64,000 nt of DNA from Macrostomum hystrix (taxonomy: Eukaryota > Animalia > Platyhelminthes), in contig CATNEN010000038.1 in the NCBI GenBank assembly GCA_950097015.1, positions 28,148,001 through 28,212,000 on the forward strand. The letters run 5' to 3'. The stretch's first letter is position 1. Every line of letters starts with the position of its first letter. Positions 26,883 through 37,260 of the stretch are shown piece after piece. A program made the translations under genes and the position numbers. The notes below the pieces were generated by a model that searched no databases, was not told where the DNA came from, and saw nothing but the letters and a program-made list of their open reading frames with translations.

Positions 26883-29800
26883 TTAATGTCCCGCCGTGGT
26901 CCATTTCCCAATGAGTTCCTTATCGCGCTGGCTAAGCAGCTCAGGCTTGTAGACAAACGGCACTTTAATTATCTCCGTGAAACCCTCGGCTATCGTTGGC
27001 TCGGCGTACTTACTAGCGTACATACGATAGGCCACTAGTGGAACGCGACGAATTTTTGACTTTGTCTGGCTCTGAGGAAACATGTTCAGGTGGTCGGCCA
27101 GGGCTCGCTCTGTTGTGAGCAGCAGGCAGCGGACTGGTACCTGCCGGAGTAGAGGATTAGGGATATGTATTTCGGTCATTGCGGGGGACGCAAGGTTCAT
27201 AGTAATCGCAAATAGAATCTAATTAGGTGATTAGGGATGATATCAGGTGGGTAGGGATGAGGTCAGGCGAGTAGGGATGAGATCAGGTGAGTAGGAATGA
27301 GGTCAGGCGAGTAGGGATCAGATCAGGTGAGTAGGGATTAGATCAGGTGAGTAGGGTTGAGATCAGGTGAGTAGGGTTGAGATCAGGTGAGTAGGGATGA
27401 GATCAGGTGAGTAGAAATGAGATCAGGCGAGTAGGGATCAGATCAGGTGAGTAGGGATTAGATCAGGTGAGTAGGGTTGAGATCAGGTGAGTAGGGTTGA
27501 GAATAGGTGAGTAGGGATCAGATCAGGTGAGTAGGGATCAGATCAGGTGAGTAGGGATAGATCAGGTGTGCAGAAAAAAGACTCACTTTAAGCCGTTTAG
27601 CCAACTCAAGAAACTGAGCCCTCTCCTGCTTCGACGGATTCGTGTTGTCCACAATGACCGACTGTCCCTCCTTCAGAGCTTTCTCGGCCGCTTTCAAGCA
27701 CGCCTGCGGCGTTTTCAACGTGTCCCTATTGGCCCTGACGTAGCCCCGCTCGCCGACAAACAGCCGCTCGGCTAGCGTCGACTTGCCGCAGGCCGGCGGG
27801 CCAACTGTAAGCAGCAATTCCGGCTGCTTGTCCGTGAGTAAATTCTGCAAAAATTTCCGGTGTTATAAGGCACCGTTTTAAATTTCCGATACGACGCTCG
27901 AAATACAGAAGAAAAATAGTTGAACGAGTTGTTAAATTTTATTTTAATATTTTCTCGGAATATATTTTGCTGTTGAGTTCCTTTTTGTTATTTAGTTTTT
28001 ATCGTGCTTCTCTTACCGACATTAGGTTTTACCTTTTACTTTTTGCGTAATAAATAAAACCGAAATTATTTCAAATAGGGTAATTTTGTTTCATAATTTG
28101 CCAGAGTTCGATTCATTTAGTCATTTGGAACGCATAAATTATAAATATCAAATTATTGCCTGATTTAATCAATAGTTCTTGTCTATAATTTGTTAAGAAA
28201 TCCTGTTCATCGTGATTTTAATATGCTCTCTTTTATTTGAAAAGCTTAAAAGCAAAATTTTCTAATCCTAATATTTTTGTGTTTGAAACTAAATTTGCAC
28301 GAACATATAGTAAAGAACTTGAATGGACAGTTCAGGAAAACTTGATTGAGTTTAGTATTTTAAATTTAACACCGGAAAATGAATTCAGTTTAACAAACCT
28401 CCGGCAATCGATTCTTAGCTGCCGACTCCAGCATAATATGAGGTGTAGGCGCACCCCAGTCAAACTTGGCCACCGGCTCGTCAAGGAAAAACTCCTCAGG
28501 TGTGTGAAACGGCAGGCCAATGTTGGCTGCAAACATTCTGTCCGAGCAGGAGAAGTCCTTCTTGTGCGAGCCCTCGGCTGGACGACCGGCCGCGTCGCCG
28601 ACGAAGAAGCTCGAAGACTTGTCGAACTGACAGATTTTGAATGAGTGTGCAGTTTTATATCAGCTACTGTCTGACAGTTTTATATCAGCTACTGTCTGAC
28701 AGTTTTATATCAGCTACTGTCTGACAGTTTTATATCAGCTACTGTCTGACAGTTTTATATTAGCTACTGTCTGACAGTTTTATATCAGCTACTGTCTGAC
28801 AGTTTTATATCAGCTACTGTCTGACAGTTTTATATCAGCTACTGTCTGACAGTTTTATATCAGCTACTGTCTGACAGTTTTATATTAGCTACTGTCTGAC
28901 AGTTTTATATCAGCTACTGTCTGACAGTTTTATATCAGCTACTGTCTGACAGTTTTATATCAGCTACTGTCTGACAGTTTTATATCAGCTACTGTCTGAC
29001 AGTTTTATATCAGCTACTGTCTGACAGTTTTATATCAGCTACTGTCTGACAGTTTTATATCAGCTACTGTCTGACTGTTTTATATCAGCTACTGTCTGAC
29101 TGTTTTATATCAGCTACTGTCTGACAGTTTTATATCGGCTACTGTCTGACAGTTTTATATCAGCTACTGTCTGACAGTTTTATATCAGCTACTGTCTGAC
29201 AGTTTTATATCAGCTACTGTCTGACACACTAAACAGCTTTAAAGCATCAGTTTTCACTGACCTCAACTCCGCCGTTGCAGTCTCTAACGTAAAACTCCCA
29301 AGCGCCAATATCTGGCTTGCGGTAGTGGCTTACTGAGCTAACTAGAATGACCTGTTTAGATTGAAAAAGTGCTTAAACGATAAATGTTGTTGGACTAATA
29401 GGAAATGAATATGAAAAGCTAAGCACTTACATCTACAGGCACTCCTAACTCGTTAATAACCAATTCGCATTTCTTCATTATCTCAGCAGGCATTGTAGTG
29501 CCCTTCTCAAATCCCGACTGATTAGAAATGAACAACAATTTGTAACCGTCCGAGTGCAGCTGGTGCAGCTTTACTGGCACCGAATCGTACAGCCAGCACC
29601 AGTCGGATGCTCCTTTGGGCCATTTGCCGCCAGATTTCGGTTTAATAACACACCAATCAATGTCAAATGCGGCTAGTTTATTAACTGGTTTAGCATCTGA
29701 TTCAGACAGAACGTACATGTGCGGCACATCCGCTTTAGCAAGGCCGCCAGCTTGAGTCCATTCTAGGTTGCCAGGCAACGCTTTGGCGGCGCTTTTAGAA

Positions 29801-29901
29801 GCAGACGCTGCAGCCGCCGCCGCTGTTCGTGCACTTTTCGGCCGAGTCGGCTGACCCGACCTGGCCGACTCTGGTGCAGCCGCTGCCTTTCGTTTGACCA
29901 T
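26883..29901 (-). CDS. PNKP: Bifunctional polynucleotide phosphatase/kinase (about 434 aa, no FHA domain)
   Basis: Exons 29901-29431, 29351-29262, 28626-28399, 27844-27587, 27140-26883, all phase 0. HAD phosphatase motifs [53 protein letters not shown]. Kinase P-loop [31 protein letters not shown]. Confidence 0.93.
27225..27568. repeat. PNKP intron minisatellite, 20-bp unit (GATCAGGTGAGTAGGGATGA)
   Basis: Tandem copies. Confidence 0.95.
28650..29225. repeat. PNKP intron minisatellite, 25-bp unit (CAGCTACTGTCTGACAGTTTTATAT)
   Basis: About 23 near-perfect copies. Confidence 0.97.
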
Positions 29902-31811
29902 GGCGAGCGGGCTAGTCTTAAGTCTGAAAAAGTACGAAAGAGTTTATCAAATTTCTTTTTCAAATAGGCAAAAACGTTCATTTATTTTCAAAGTTGCATT
30001 CGATCCACACTACTATTAGTAGAACTATGCACAAATTACATAAATTTGATTTTAAGCTGGACCCTAAAATGCATTTTTAAGCAGTAAATGAATAATTAAA
30101 ATAATCTCAAAGACTTGGTTTATGACATCTCATTGCATTGGATAATTATGCAAGAACAATAATTATAAAAGTGTTAATTTATTGCTGCTCATAAGACAAT
30201 TTCAAATGCTAGACAAATGAGAAATTAATTAAAAGCAGGGTAAAATGTAGTAGACTAGTAGCTAAAATAAAAAATGCATAGAAATGGTGATGCAAATGTT
30301 TCAACAGTCTTTCCGAGTTTGGCTCTTCCTATACTCTATATTAAAAGTAGCTAATGCTCTCAGTATGTATGTCACTGTAATTAATTATTCATATAATAAA
30401 TAGTATGTCTCAGTATCATATTGTGCCTCGAAAATAACTAATTCTAGATTACATTACTTCACAATTAGATTGCAGCAACAAATTTTCTTCATTAGGTTTA
30501 TTAATGTATTGCATTACATTAAAACAAAATATGAATGAAAAGTCGAATTAGAACTAGGTTTTGGCTGACTTAGACAATCGGTCCAGTCCAGTGGCAGGGG
30601 TTTATGATCACTCAGACTCAAAACAGATCATTTAAGAGTCTTAAGTGTGTGAAATACCTGCAACTCAGCCCCTAATAGTAGACCTATCCTATGGCCACAA
30701 TGGCTCACTTAGCTTAACTGCTAAGCTACTGAATTGCCTACTAGCACAAGCTACCCTTACAAGTTACTAGTTATGTGGATGGCTAGTTAAACATGACCCC
30801 AGGACAAAAAACCTAGCTATGCTACCAAATGCTTAATCATAAAACGCTAATATCAACAAAAAGCTTACTTTAGATATCATAAGTTAGATAGGTAAGATAG
30901 CTAATAACCGTTATTGTAATATGCATTTGAAATTGTATGTATCAAGAATTATATTTTTGTATACAGTTTAACACTGTCAGAAACAAATAAATACCAAAAG
31001 AGGTATATTATATAAAAATTCACGAAAGTCATAAACGAATAACGCTAAAATATATAAAACGCGCACATTAAAAAAACAATAGACGAGAAAAGTTAATTTG
31101 CCGCCAACGTTTTGAGTTCATAGATGCTCGTTATAATAATATTTTTGACAGTGAATAAAACTTGAAGCTCGTAAGAGCTTTATTTAATTTTTCGGACAAC
31201 GACGATCAATTTTCAATAGACTGTTATAAATGAATCAAAAGAAATTTAATTCGATACACGCTTGGTAGATGCCGTGACTTAACTTTCTCCTATTATCCCT
31301 AAAAACAAGCGCCTCGCCCCGCACGTAACTCGCAAATAGCTTTACTTATCTTACAGATTTTATGTTTGAGTGCACTCATTTTCCTGTTCTTTTACATGAC
31401 TTTAAACGCATTTGCTGGAGAGAAAAGTGCATTAATTATGTGCTGTAAAAATATAAATAGTGCTAATAGCAATAAATTGTGACAATGTAAATAAACTGCA
31501 ATGAGGTCATATATATACATCCACAGATATCTAGAATACTATATGTACTTGCATACATATTTTTGCGTTAAATTAGTCACAAATTTTCAAAGAAATTCAT
31601 TAACGAGCAGATATTTAATTATGGCAGTGTTAAATTTTCCGATAGAGCAGAGCTTCTGCATAAGTTTAGTTCCTAAAATCCCTCAGCTAAATGTATTTAA
31701 GTTTTTGGCATCACCCTCACAGTACCTCAATTAATATTTAGTTCATTGAACTGAAAAGTGAGAAAAATACTTAAAATGCGATAAAAGTTAGGGAAATGCA
31801 AATGTGCTTAT

Positions 31812-33634
31812 CAAGGACCACTGTAGTATTGGGTGTCCAAAAAGTAGTGATACTTTTGCTCGTATAGCCTTACTGCATGCTTGAAAATCAGCAAGTTTGG
31901 TGTTGTTGGAAAGCGAAAAATATCAGCCTTAATTTGACTAAAAAATCATCCTCATATGTTGTTTTTAAAAAAAGTTATCACTGTCTATTTGAGCAAGGGT
32001 TGCTCATAGACTTACAAAAATACTGTATGGTTGACTTTGTTGAGTTTTTATCTGCCTCAAAGATTCATGAAGCTTTAGAGCTTAACAAATCAATAAATGT
32101 AAACCAATAAATACTGGGGTAGCATTTTACGAGCGTACGAGGGTTGCTTTTTTGTCTGTGGTAAATTGTGGCTAAGTCTTCTTCGCACTGCCTGCTTGCT
32201 TCTGCCTGCCTGCCTGCTTCTGCACTGCCAGCTCATTTTTCTTTCACAAGTGCTTGCTTTTTCAAGACCAGATTCTGTTCAACTGACAGTTATGGACGTG
32301 CGCTCAAAGGAAGGACAGCGACACGCAATTCACCCACTATGGAGTATTGGGAAAAGTGGACAGGAGATTTACCATCATCTGTGCAGCATTCACGGAGCCG
32401 AAGCAGTAAGTCGCATGACGGTGTACAGATGGGTCGAGCAATTTGAGTCAGGAAGAACAAATTTGGCTGACTTGCCAAGGCCAGGAAGGCCATCTGCACC
32501 AAGCTCAAAGGCTTTGGCTGACCGGATTCTTGATCTGCTGGAAGAAGACTGCAGAATGACAATTCGTGAGATTGCTGACAGACTCGACACGCCACGATCA
32601 ACGGTTCATCTCTGCCTGACCAATATGAACTTCGTTAAGCTGAGCGCCCGCTGGGTCCCAAAGCTCCTCACTGCTGATATGCGACTGCAGCGCCAGCAGA
32701 CATGCCAAGGGAACCTGAATCTGGTAAGTCAACGCGGTGGCTGGAATCAGTTCCGCCAGTTGATTGTTACTGGCGACGAGACGTGGGTTCCACATTTTGA
32801 CCCGCCGACAAAGCAAGAGTCTAAAGTGTGGACACTTAAGGGTTCCGACGCACCACTCAAGGCTCGCCGTGAAACTCACTGTAAGAAAATCATGCTGTCA
32901 GTTTTCTTTGACTGTAATGGCCCAATCACCATTGACTTCCTGGAGCCGAATACGATGATCAACGCAGACCGTTATTCGTCTCTCCTTGCAAGCCTGAAGG
33001 CAGACATCCAAAATAAGCGGCGCTCGGGAGTCAAGCCAGTCATCCTGCATCATGACAACGCCCGGCCGCACACTGCCCACCAAACAATGGAGGCCATCAA
33101 AAAGCTAAAGTTTGACCTTCTGCCTCATCCGCCATATTCGCCAGATCTCGCGCCTGCGGATTTTGCCCTTTTCCCTCAATTGAAGCGCCACCTGAGGGGC
33201 CGTGTCCATGTCAGCCGTGATCACCTGGAACAGGAAGTCCGCAGAGTACTTTTGCACGTGATTCCGCGACAGATCTACGCAGATGCGATTGATCACTTGT
33301 TTCGTCGCTGGGAGAAGTGCGTGCAATCGGGGGGTAATTATGTCGAGAAAGCTTCCCTCCCTGATGATGATGAGTCATACTAACTGTCGAAACTTCTTGA
33401 CCTGTTACACCATTCATAAATTCATTGTAACTCTATGGCTGACCATGTTGTGTGTTTCTATTCATAACTTTGTTATAGGTTGTGTTTTTGTTAAATGTTT
33501 GCAGTCAAATTAAAGCTGATATTTTTCGCTTTCCAACAACACCAAACTTGCTGATTTTCAAGCATGCAGTAAGGCTGTACGAGCAAAAGTATCACTACTT
33601 TTTGGACACCCCTCGTATAATACAGTGGTCCTTG
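31812..33634 (+). mobile_element. Composite DNA transposon: mariner with ~110-bp inverted repeats, enclosed by 14-bp outer TIRs and an 8-bp TSD
   Basis: Inner IR 31831-31939 versus 33503-33615 (right tip CCCCTCG-TA is a typical mariner end). Outer IR CAAGGACCACTGTA 31812-31825 / TACAGTGGTCCTTG 33621-33634. Direct repeat GTGCTTAT at 31804-31811 and 33635-33642. Confidence 0.9.
32292..33383 (+). CDS. mariner-family transposase, D,D34D (363 aa), intact ORF
   Basis: Two HTH regions, WVPKLL linker, TGDETW, HHDNARPH and YSPDLAPADF, with exactly 34 residues between the 2nd and 3rd Asp. First ATG at 32292. Confidence 0.95.
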   Translation: MDVRSKEGQRHAIHPLWSIGKSGQEIYHHLCSIHGAEAVSRMTVYRWVEQFESGRTNLADLPRPGRPSAPSSKALADRILDLLEEDCRMTIREIADRLDTPRSTVHLCLTNMNFVKLSARWVPKLLTADMRLQRQQTCQGNLNLVSQRGGWNQFRQLIVTGDETWVPHFDPPTKQESKVWTLKGSDAPLKARRETHCKKIMLSVFFDCNGPITIDFLEPNTMINADRYSSLLASLKADIQNKRRSGVKPVILHHDNARPHTAHQTMEAIKKLKFDLLPHPPYSPDLAPADFALFPQLKRHLRGRVHVSRDHLEQEVRRVLLHVIPRQIYADAIDHLFRRWEKCVQSGGNYVEKASLPDDDESY

Positions 33635-34054
33635 GTGCTTATATCTGCGATATAGCTCATTTTCTAACGAAGCAATTTGTTAGCTACAATTTGAAATAAT
33701 GTATAGGATGTTTTTGCTACTCTGCTAAATGTATTAATTTGCTAAATGATGTGAAATATTAAAAAATCGCCTACCTGCAATAATTATAATTATAATTAAA
33801 TAGCACGATCAGTTAATGAACCGCAACGAAACCACAATTAAAACAAATATCAATAAAAGAAATAAACAGGACGAAGCCAATAAAGAAACAGATTCTGATA
33901 GGATGGAAATAATCAGTGTTTTATTTTTTAATATCGAATTAATTAGTCTGACTACAGGCGGGGTGCTAATTTAATGCTGATCAACTGAGCTTGTTTAATT
34001 GAGTATAGAATATAACAAATTGCTGTCTTAATTATGAAATAAAGCTCAGTGGGT

Positions 34055-34720
34055 TCAATTCAGAATGCCAACTTTGCCGCCGTCGCTGTATTCAATCACC
34101 TGGCTCAGCAGCTTCGTCGGCCAATCGGTCGCGTTGTTCGCATCGTCCAACTGTTCCGCACTGAGTGCTGATTGGCTCTGACGGAACAGATGTACGTCAC
34201 CCAGCACCTCTCTGATCTGCACCACCGAGTCCTGTCCGCCGATGACTTGGCGAATGTCAAACACGTTGATGACTTTGTAGAATTGCGGTGATCCCCAAAA
34301 AGGAGCCGATTCAGTAGCTGCCGTTGATGACAGTCGGAGCTCTTCACAATTCGGTTGATTGTAGCTAGACAATAGTGTTCTTTGCTGTTCAAGATGATCG
34401 ATTTCCACAATGATGGCAAACACTTTTTCTGGCGGCTTCGGCGGGCGACGCGGCAGCCGAATCGTGCAACGGTAGCCACCGTCAGCGTAGATTGTCTCGA
34501 TGAAACTGTCCGCCTGCCAGATGTGACAGACGGACAATTTTAGTTCTAGTCCATCATATTCTTGATCTTTAGGCACCAGACGGCCGTCCTCTTTGGTGTC
34601 AAGGACAAACTGGAACCAGGCGACATTGTCGTCGTCAGTTCGCCTTTTCACAATGGCCGGACGCGCGAAGCCTTGACAATCTTCGGACAATTTTGCTAGA
34701 AAGTTCAATTCATTACTCAT
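34055..34720 (-). CDS. Hypothetical intronless protein (about 221 aa from MSNELNFL)
   Basis: Non-repetitive, GC-richer open frame in AT-rich surroundings, with globular-looking composition. No family recognised. Confidence 0.55.
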   Translation of the reverse strand: MSNELNFLAKLSEDCQGFARPAIVKRRTDDDNVAWFQFVLDTKEDGRLVPKDQEYDGLELKLSVCHIWQADSFIETIYADGGYRCTIRLPRRPPKPPEKVFAIIVEIDHLEQQRTLLSSYNQPNCEELRLSSTAATESAPFWGSPQFYKVINVFDIRQVIGGQDSVVQIREVLGDVHLFRQSQSALSAEQLDDANNATDWPTKLLSQVIEYSDGGKVGILN

Positions 34721-35721
34721 GACAATTGCCAGCTTTTGCATTCAGTAACTTTCAATCGATTTTAGGAATCGAAATCGCCGTCGGCTCCTCCATCCTGATG
34801 GCGCCGGACGGAGGCGATGGAAAAAAATTCGGCAGCGACGATGCGGGTTGTGTGTTCTGTGTTCAGCCGACATTGGAAAGTGAAGTAAGTTTAAGAGATT
34901 TGTTTTTTCGTTTTGTCAGATTCGCACAAAGCACGACCACCGGCACCGCCACCGCCGGGCCTGCTCAGCCGAGGATCACCTCTGGGATTTCTGGCTGTTT
35001 ACCCTGCGGGTGTTGCGAGATGGATTGGAAAAAATCGCTTAATTTTCTATGCACTCTACTGATTGTTGGGCATTTAGAAGTAGCGTGATAAGAATATGAA
35101 AATAAAAAAAGTGTGTCTAGGCTAAAAGAAAATTGCTAAAATGAGATTTCCTGGAAATGTTCTGCAAATAAGATTTTGCACATAAGTGTACAGTTTGTGC
35201 ACTTCAACAGCGTACAGAATGACGAAACTGGCTATACTGGCTATAGAGTCTTAGTAAACATTTCTTGGAAATTAGGCGCACTTTTCGCAATTCATTTTCC
35301 TGGAAATTTTCAGACGACCTAAAGCTCGCAGATAGTAAAACAGTTTCTTAGAAATTATTTTAGTTTTCGATAATGCTATGAGTATTTTAACACAGTTAAA
35401 GCAGTTAAAACAGCGTCTGTTAGAAATCATTATAATAAAAAGTGAAGTTTTTCTAGGGAAAATGGACTTTTTGGGTTGGAAAATTTGGGTTGACTGATTG
35501 GAAATAAGGCTAGAAATTAGAATAGTTTAAAAAGAAATATACTTACTCCTAATAGAGTAAACAATATACAGTTTAGCAAATATAGCTCGTAATTTTAATC
35601 ATCGAATATTAGCAAAGTTTAATAAAAAGGACTTACCCAGAATTGACTCCATTTTCGTTGGCAGTCAAAAAAAAGGCAGGCAAATTTCTATTGGGTTAGA
35701 AAACTGTTATTTATACTGCAA

Positions 35722-35936
35722 GGGGAGGCGGGCGGTTCTGGGGTGGGTGTCCGGAGGGTAAGACCAAACAGCGTCAGTAACCAATAGCAACTGACTACTG
35801 TACGTGCGTGCTTTGATGTTATTGAACCACATGAAGCTATGAAGTTTTCTAAGAAGTGTAGCTAAAAACAGGAAAACGTAGTGGGACTGTAATACGGTGA
35901 GTTATGATACAAAGTTGATTGTATTTCCATAGCAAC
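35722..35936. promoter_or_regulatory. Candidate promoter with GC-box and RFX X-box-like sites upstream of the orphan ORF
   Basis: GGGGAGGCGGGCGG at ~35722-35735. GTAACCAATAGCAAC at 35777-35791 fits GTNRCC(N0-3)RGYAAC. ATTTCCATAGCAAC at 35923-35936. Confidence 0.3.
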
Positions 35937-36054
35937 TGCTATTGTGGTCTTGTACTGTGCTCATCATGTGACTGCAGCTTGTATGAAAATGGTGAAAAAC
36001 TCTTGCATAGACTGTGTAGGGCCTCAGTAGAATAGACAGCGATTCTTAACAATG

Positions 36055-36320
36055 CCTAAAATTCTTATTCACTGTCTAACATTATTATTCACTGTCTAAC
36101 ATTCACATTCACTGTCTAACATTCTTATTCACTGTCTAACATTCTTATTCACTGTCTAACATTCACATTCACTGTCCAACATTCTTATCCACTGTCTAAC
36201 AGTAGAACAACATTGTCTAACATTCATATTCACTGTCCAACATTCTTATCCACTGTCTAACAGTAGAACAATATTGTCTAACATTCTTTTTAGCTGTCTA
36301 ACACTCTTATTCACTGTCCA
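36055..36320. repeat. Minisatellite, 20-bp unit (ATTCTTATTCACTGTCTAAC)
   Basis: Tandem copies. Confidence 0.9.
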
Positions 36321-37260
36321 CTATCGAACACTAGAACAAGTTATTAGAACTTTTCAGCGTGACTTTATCGGTTGAATTCTAAGGAAAAAAATCGGAATTC
36401 AAAGAAAGTTGTATTTATACTCGTAATGGCGGTTAGCAACTAAATGTTTGCCATTCGGCAGCTTGTAAACACAGTTTGCCCCATATTATTTCGTTAACAT
36501 TTTATATTTTGACTTATTTAGTTTTTTAATTCAGTTAGAAACAAAATTACGGTTTAAAACAGTTGTTTCAGTTGGAACTTGACTGGTGAGCTAAGTAAAT
36601 AGTTGGTTTTGTTTCTTTTTAAATTTCCGTACATTTAAGTAATTAACAAAAGAACAATAAAAAAACAGAAAGAAAAGTCACGTGACATACTTTGTTATAA
36701 AGATTTTCTTTTGCAACTGAAATTTAGATATTGGTGAATTTTTTTTCAACAAACAGAGAAAAATTCCAGACTTCATCAACGATACTAAACAATTTATTAA
36801 CATAAAATTGTAGTTCTTATTACTTTTTAGTTCTACTACTTACTACACTACTATAAGTAGACATCTGGGCTAAACATGAAATATTTTGTTATTTTCCGAA
36901 ATCACTTTTAAAGTCTTATAAACGTTTATTCATTGCAGTCGTTAATTGTCTAAAATTAATTCCAATACACAGAATGTTCCCCATACGAAAAAGAAATAAA
37001 ATACGAGTAATAACAAAAACCTTAATAAATTAACTTTTAGTTGAGGCGCAATCCCTGTTGGTCAGTTTTTATAATTTACGAAATCGCGGAATTTTTTTCT
37101 CGAATTTTCAGATCATCGACAACTTTAGAAATTTAGATAAAATCGACCAACTAGGAAATCGAATAAAATAAAATGTATTACCCGCTACATTTAGTTTCAA
37201 ATTAAAGAATCAGGTTTCATATGGCAGAGAATGTGGATTAGGCTTCAGAAATGATCGACA

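Noticed and set aside
32166-32291. Signal-peptide-like N-terminal extension of the mariner ORF (MWLSLLRTACLLL)
   Set aside because: It starts at a non-ATG codon and derives from a (CTGC)n tract; the first ATG is at 32292. No SET domain, so not SETMAR.
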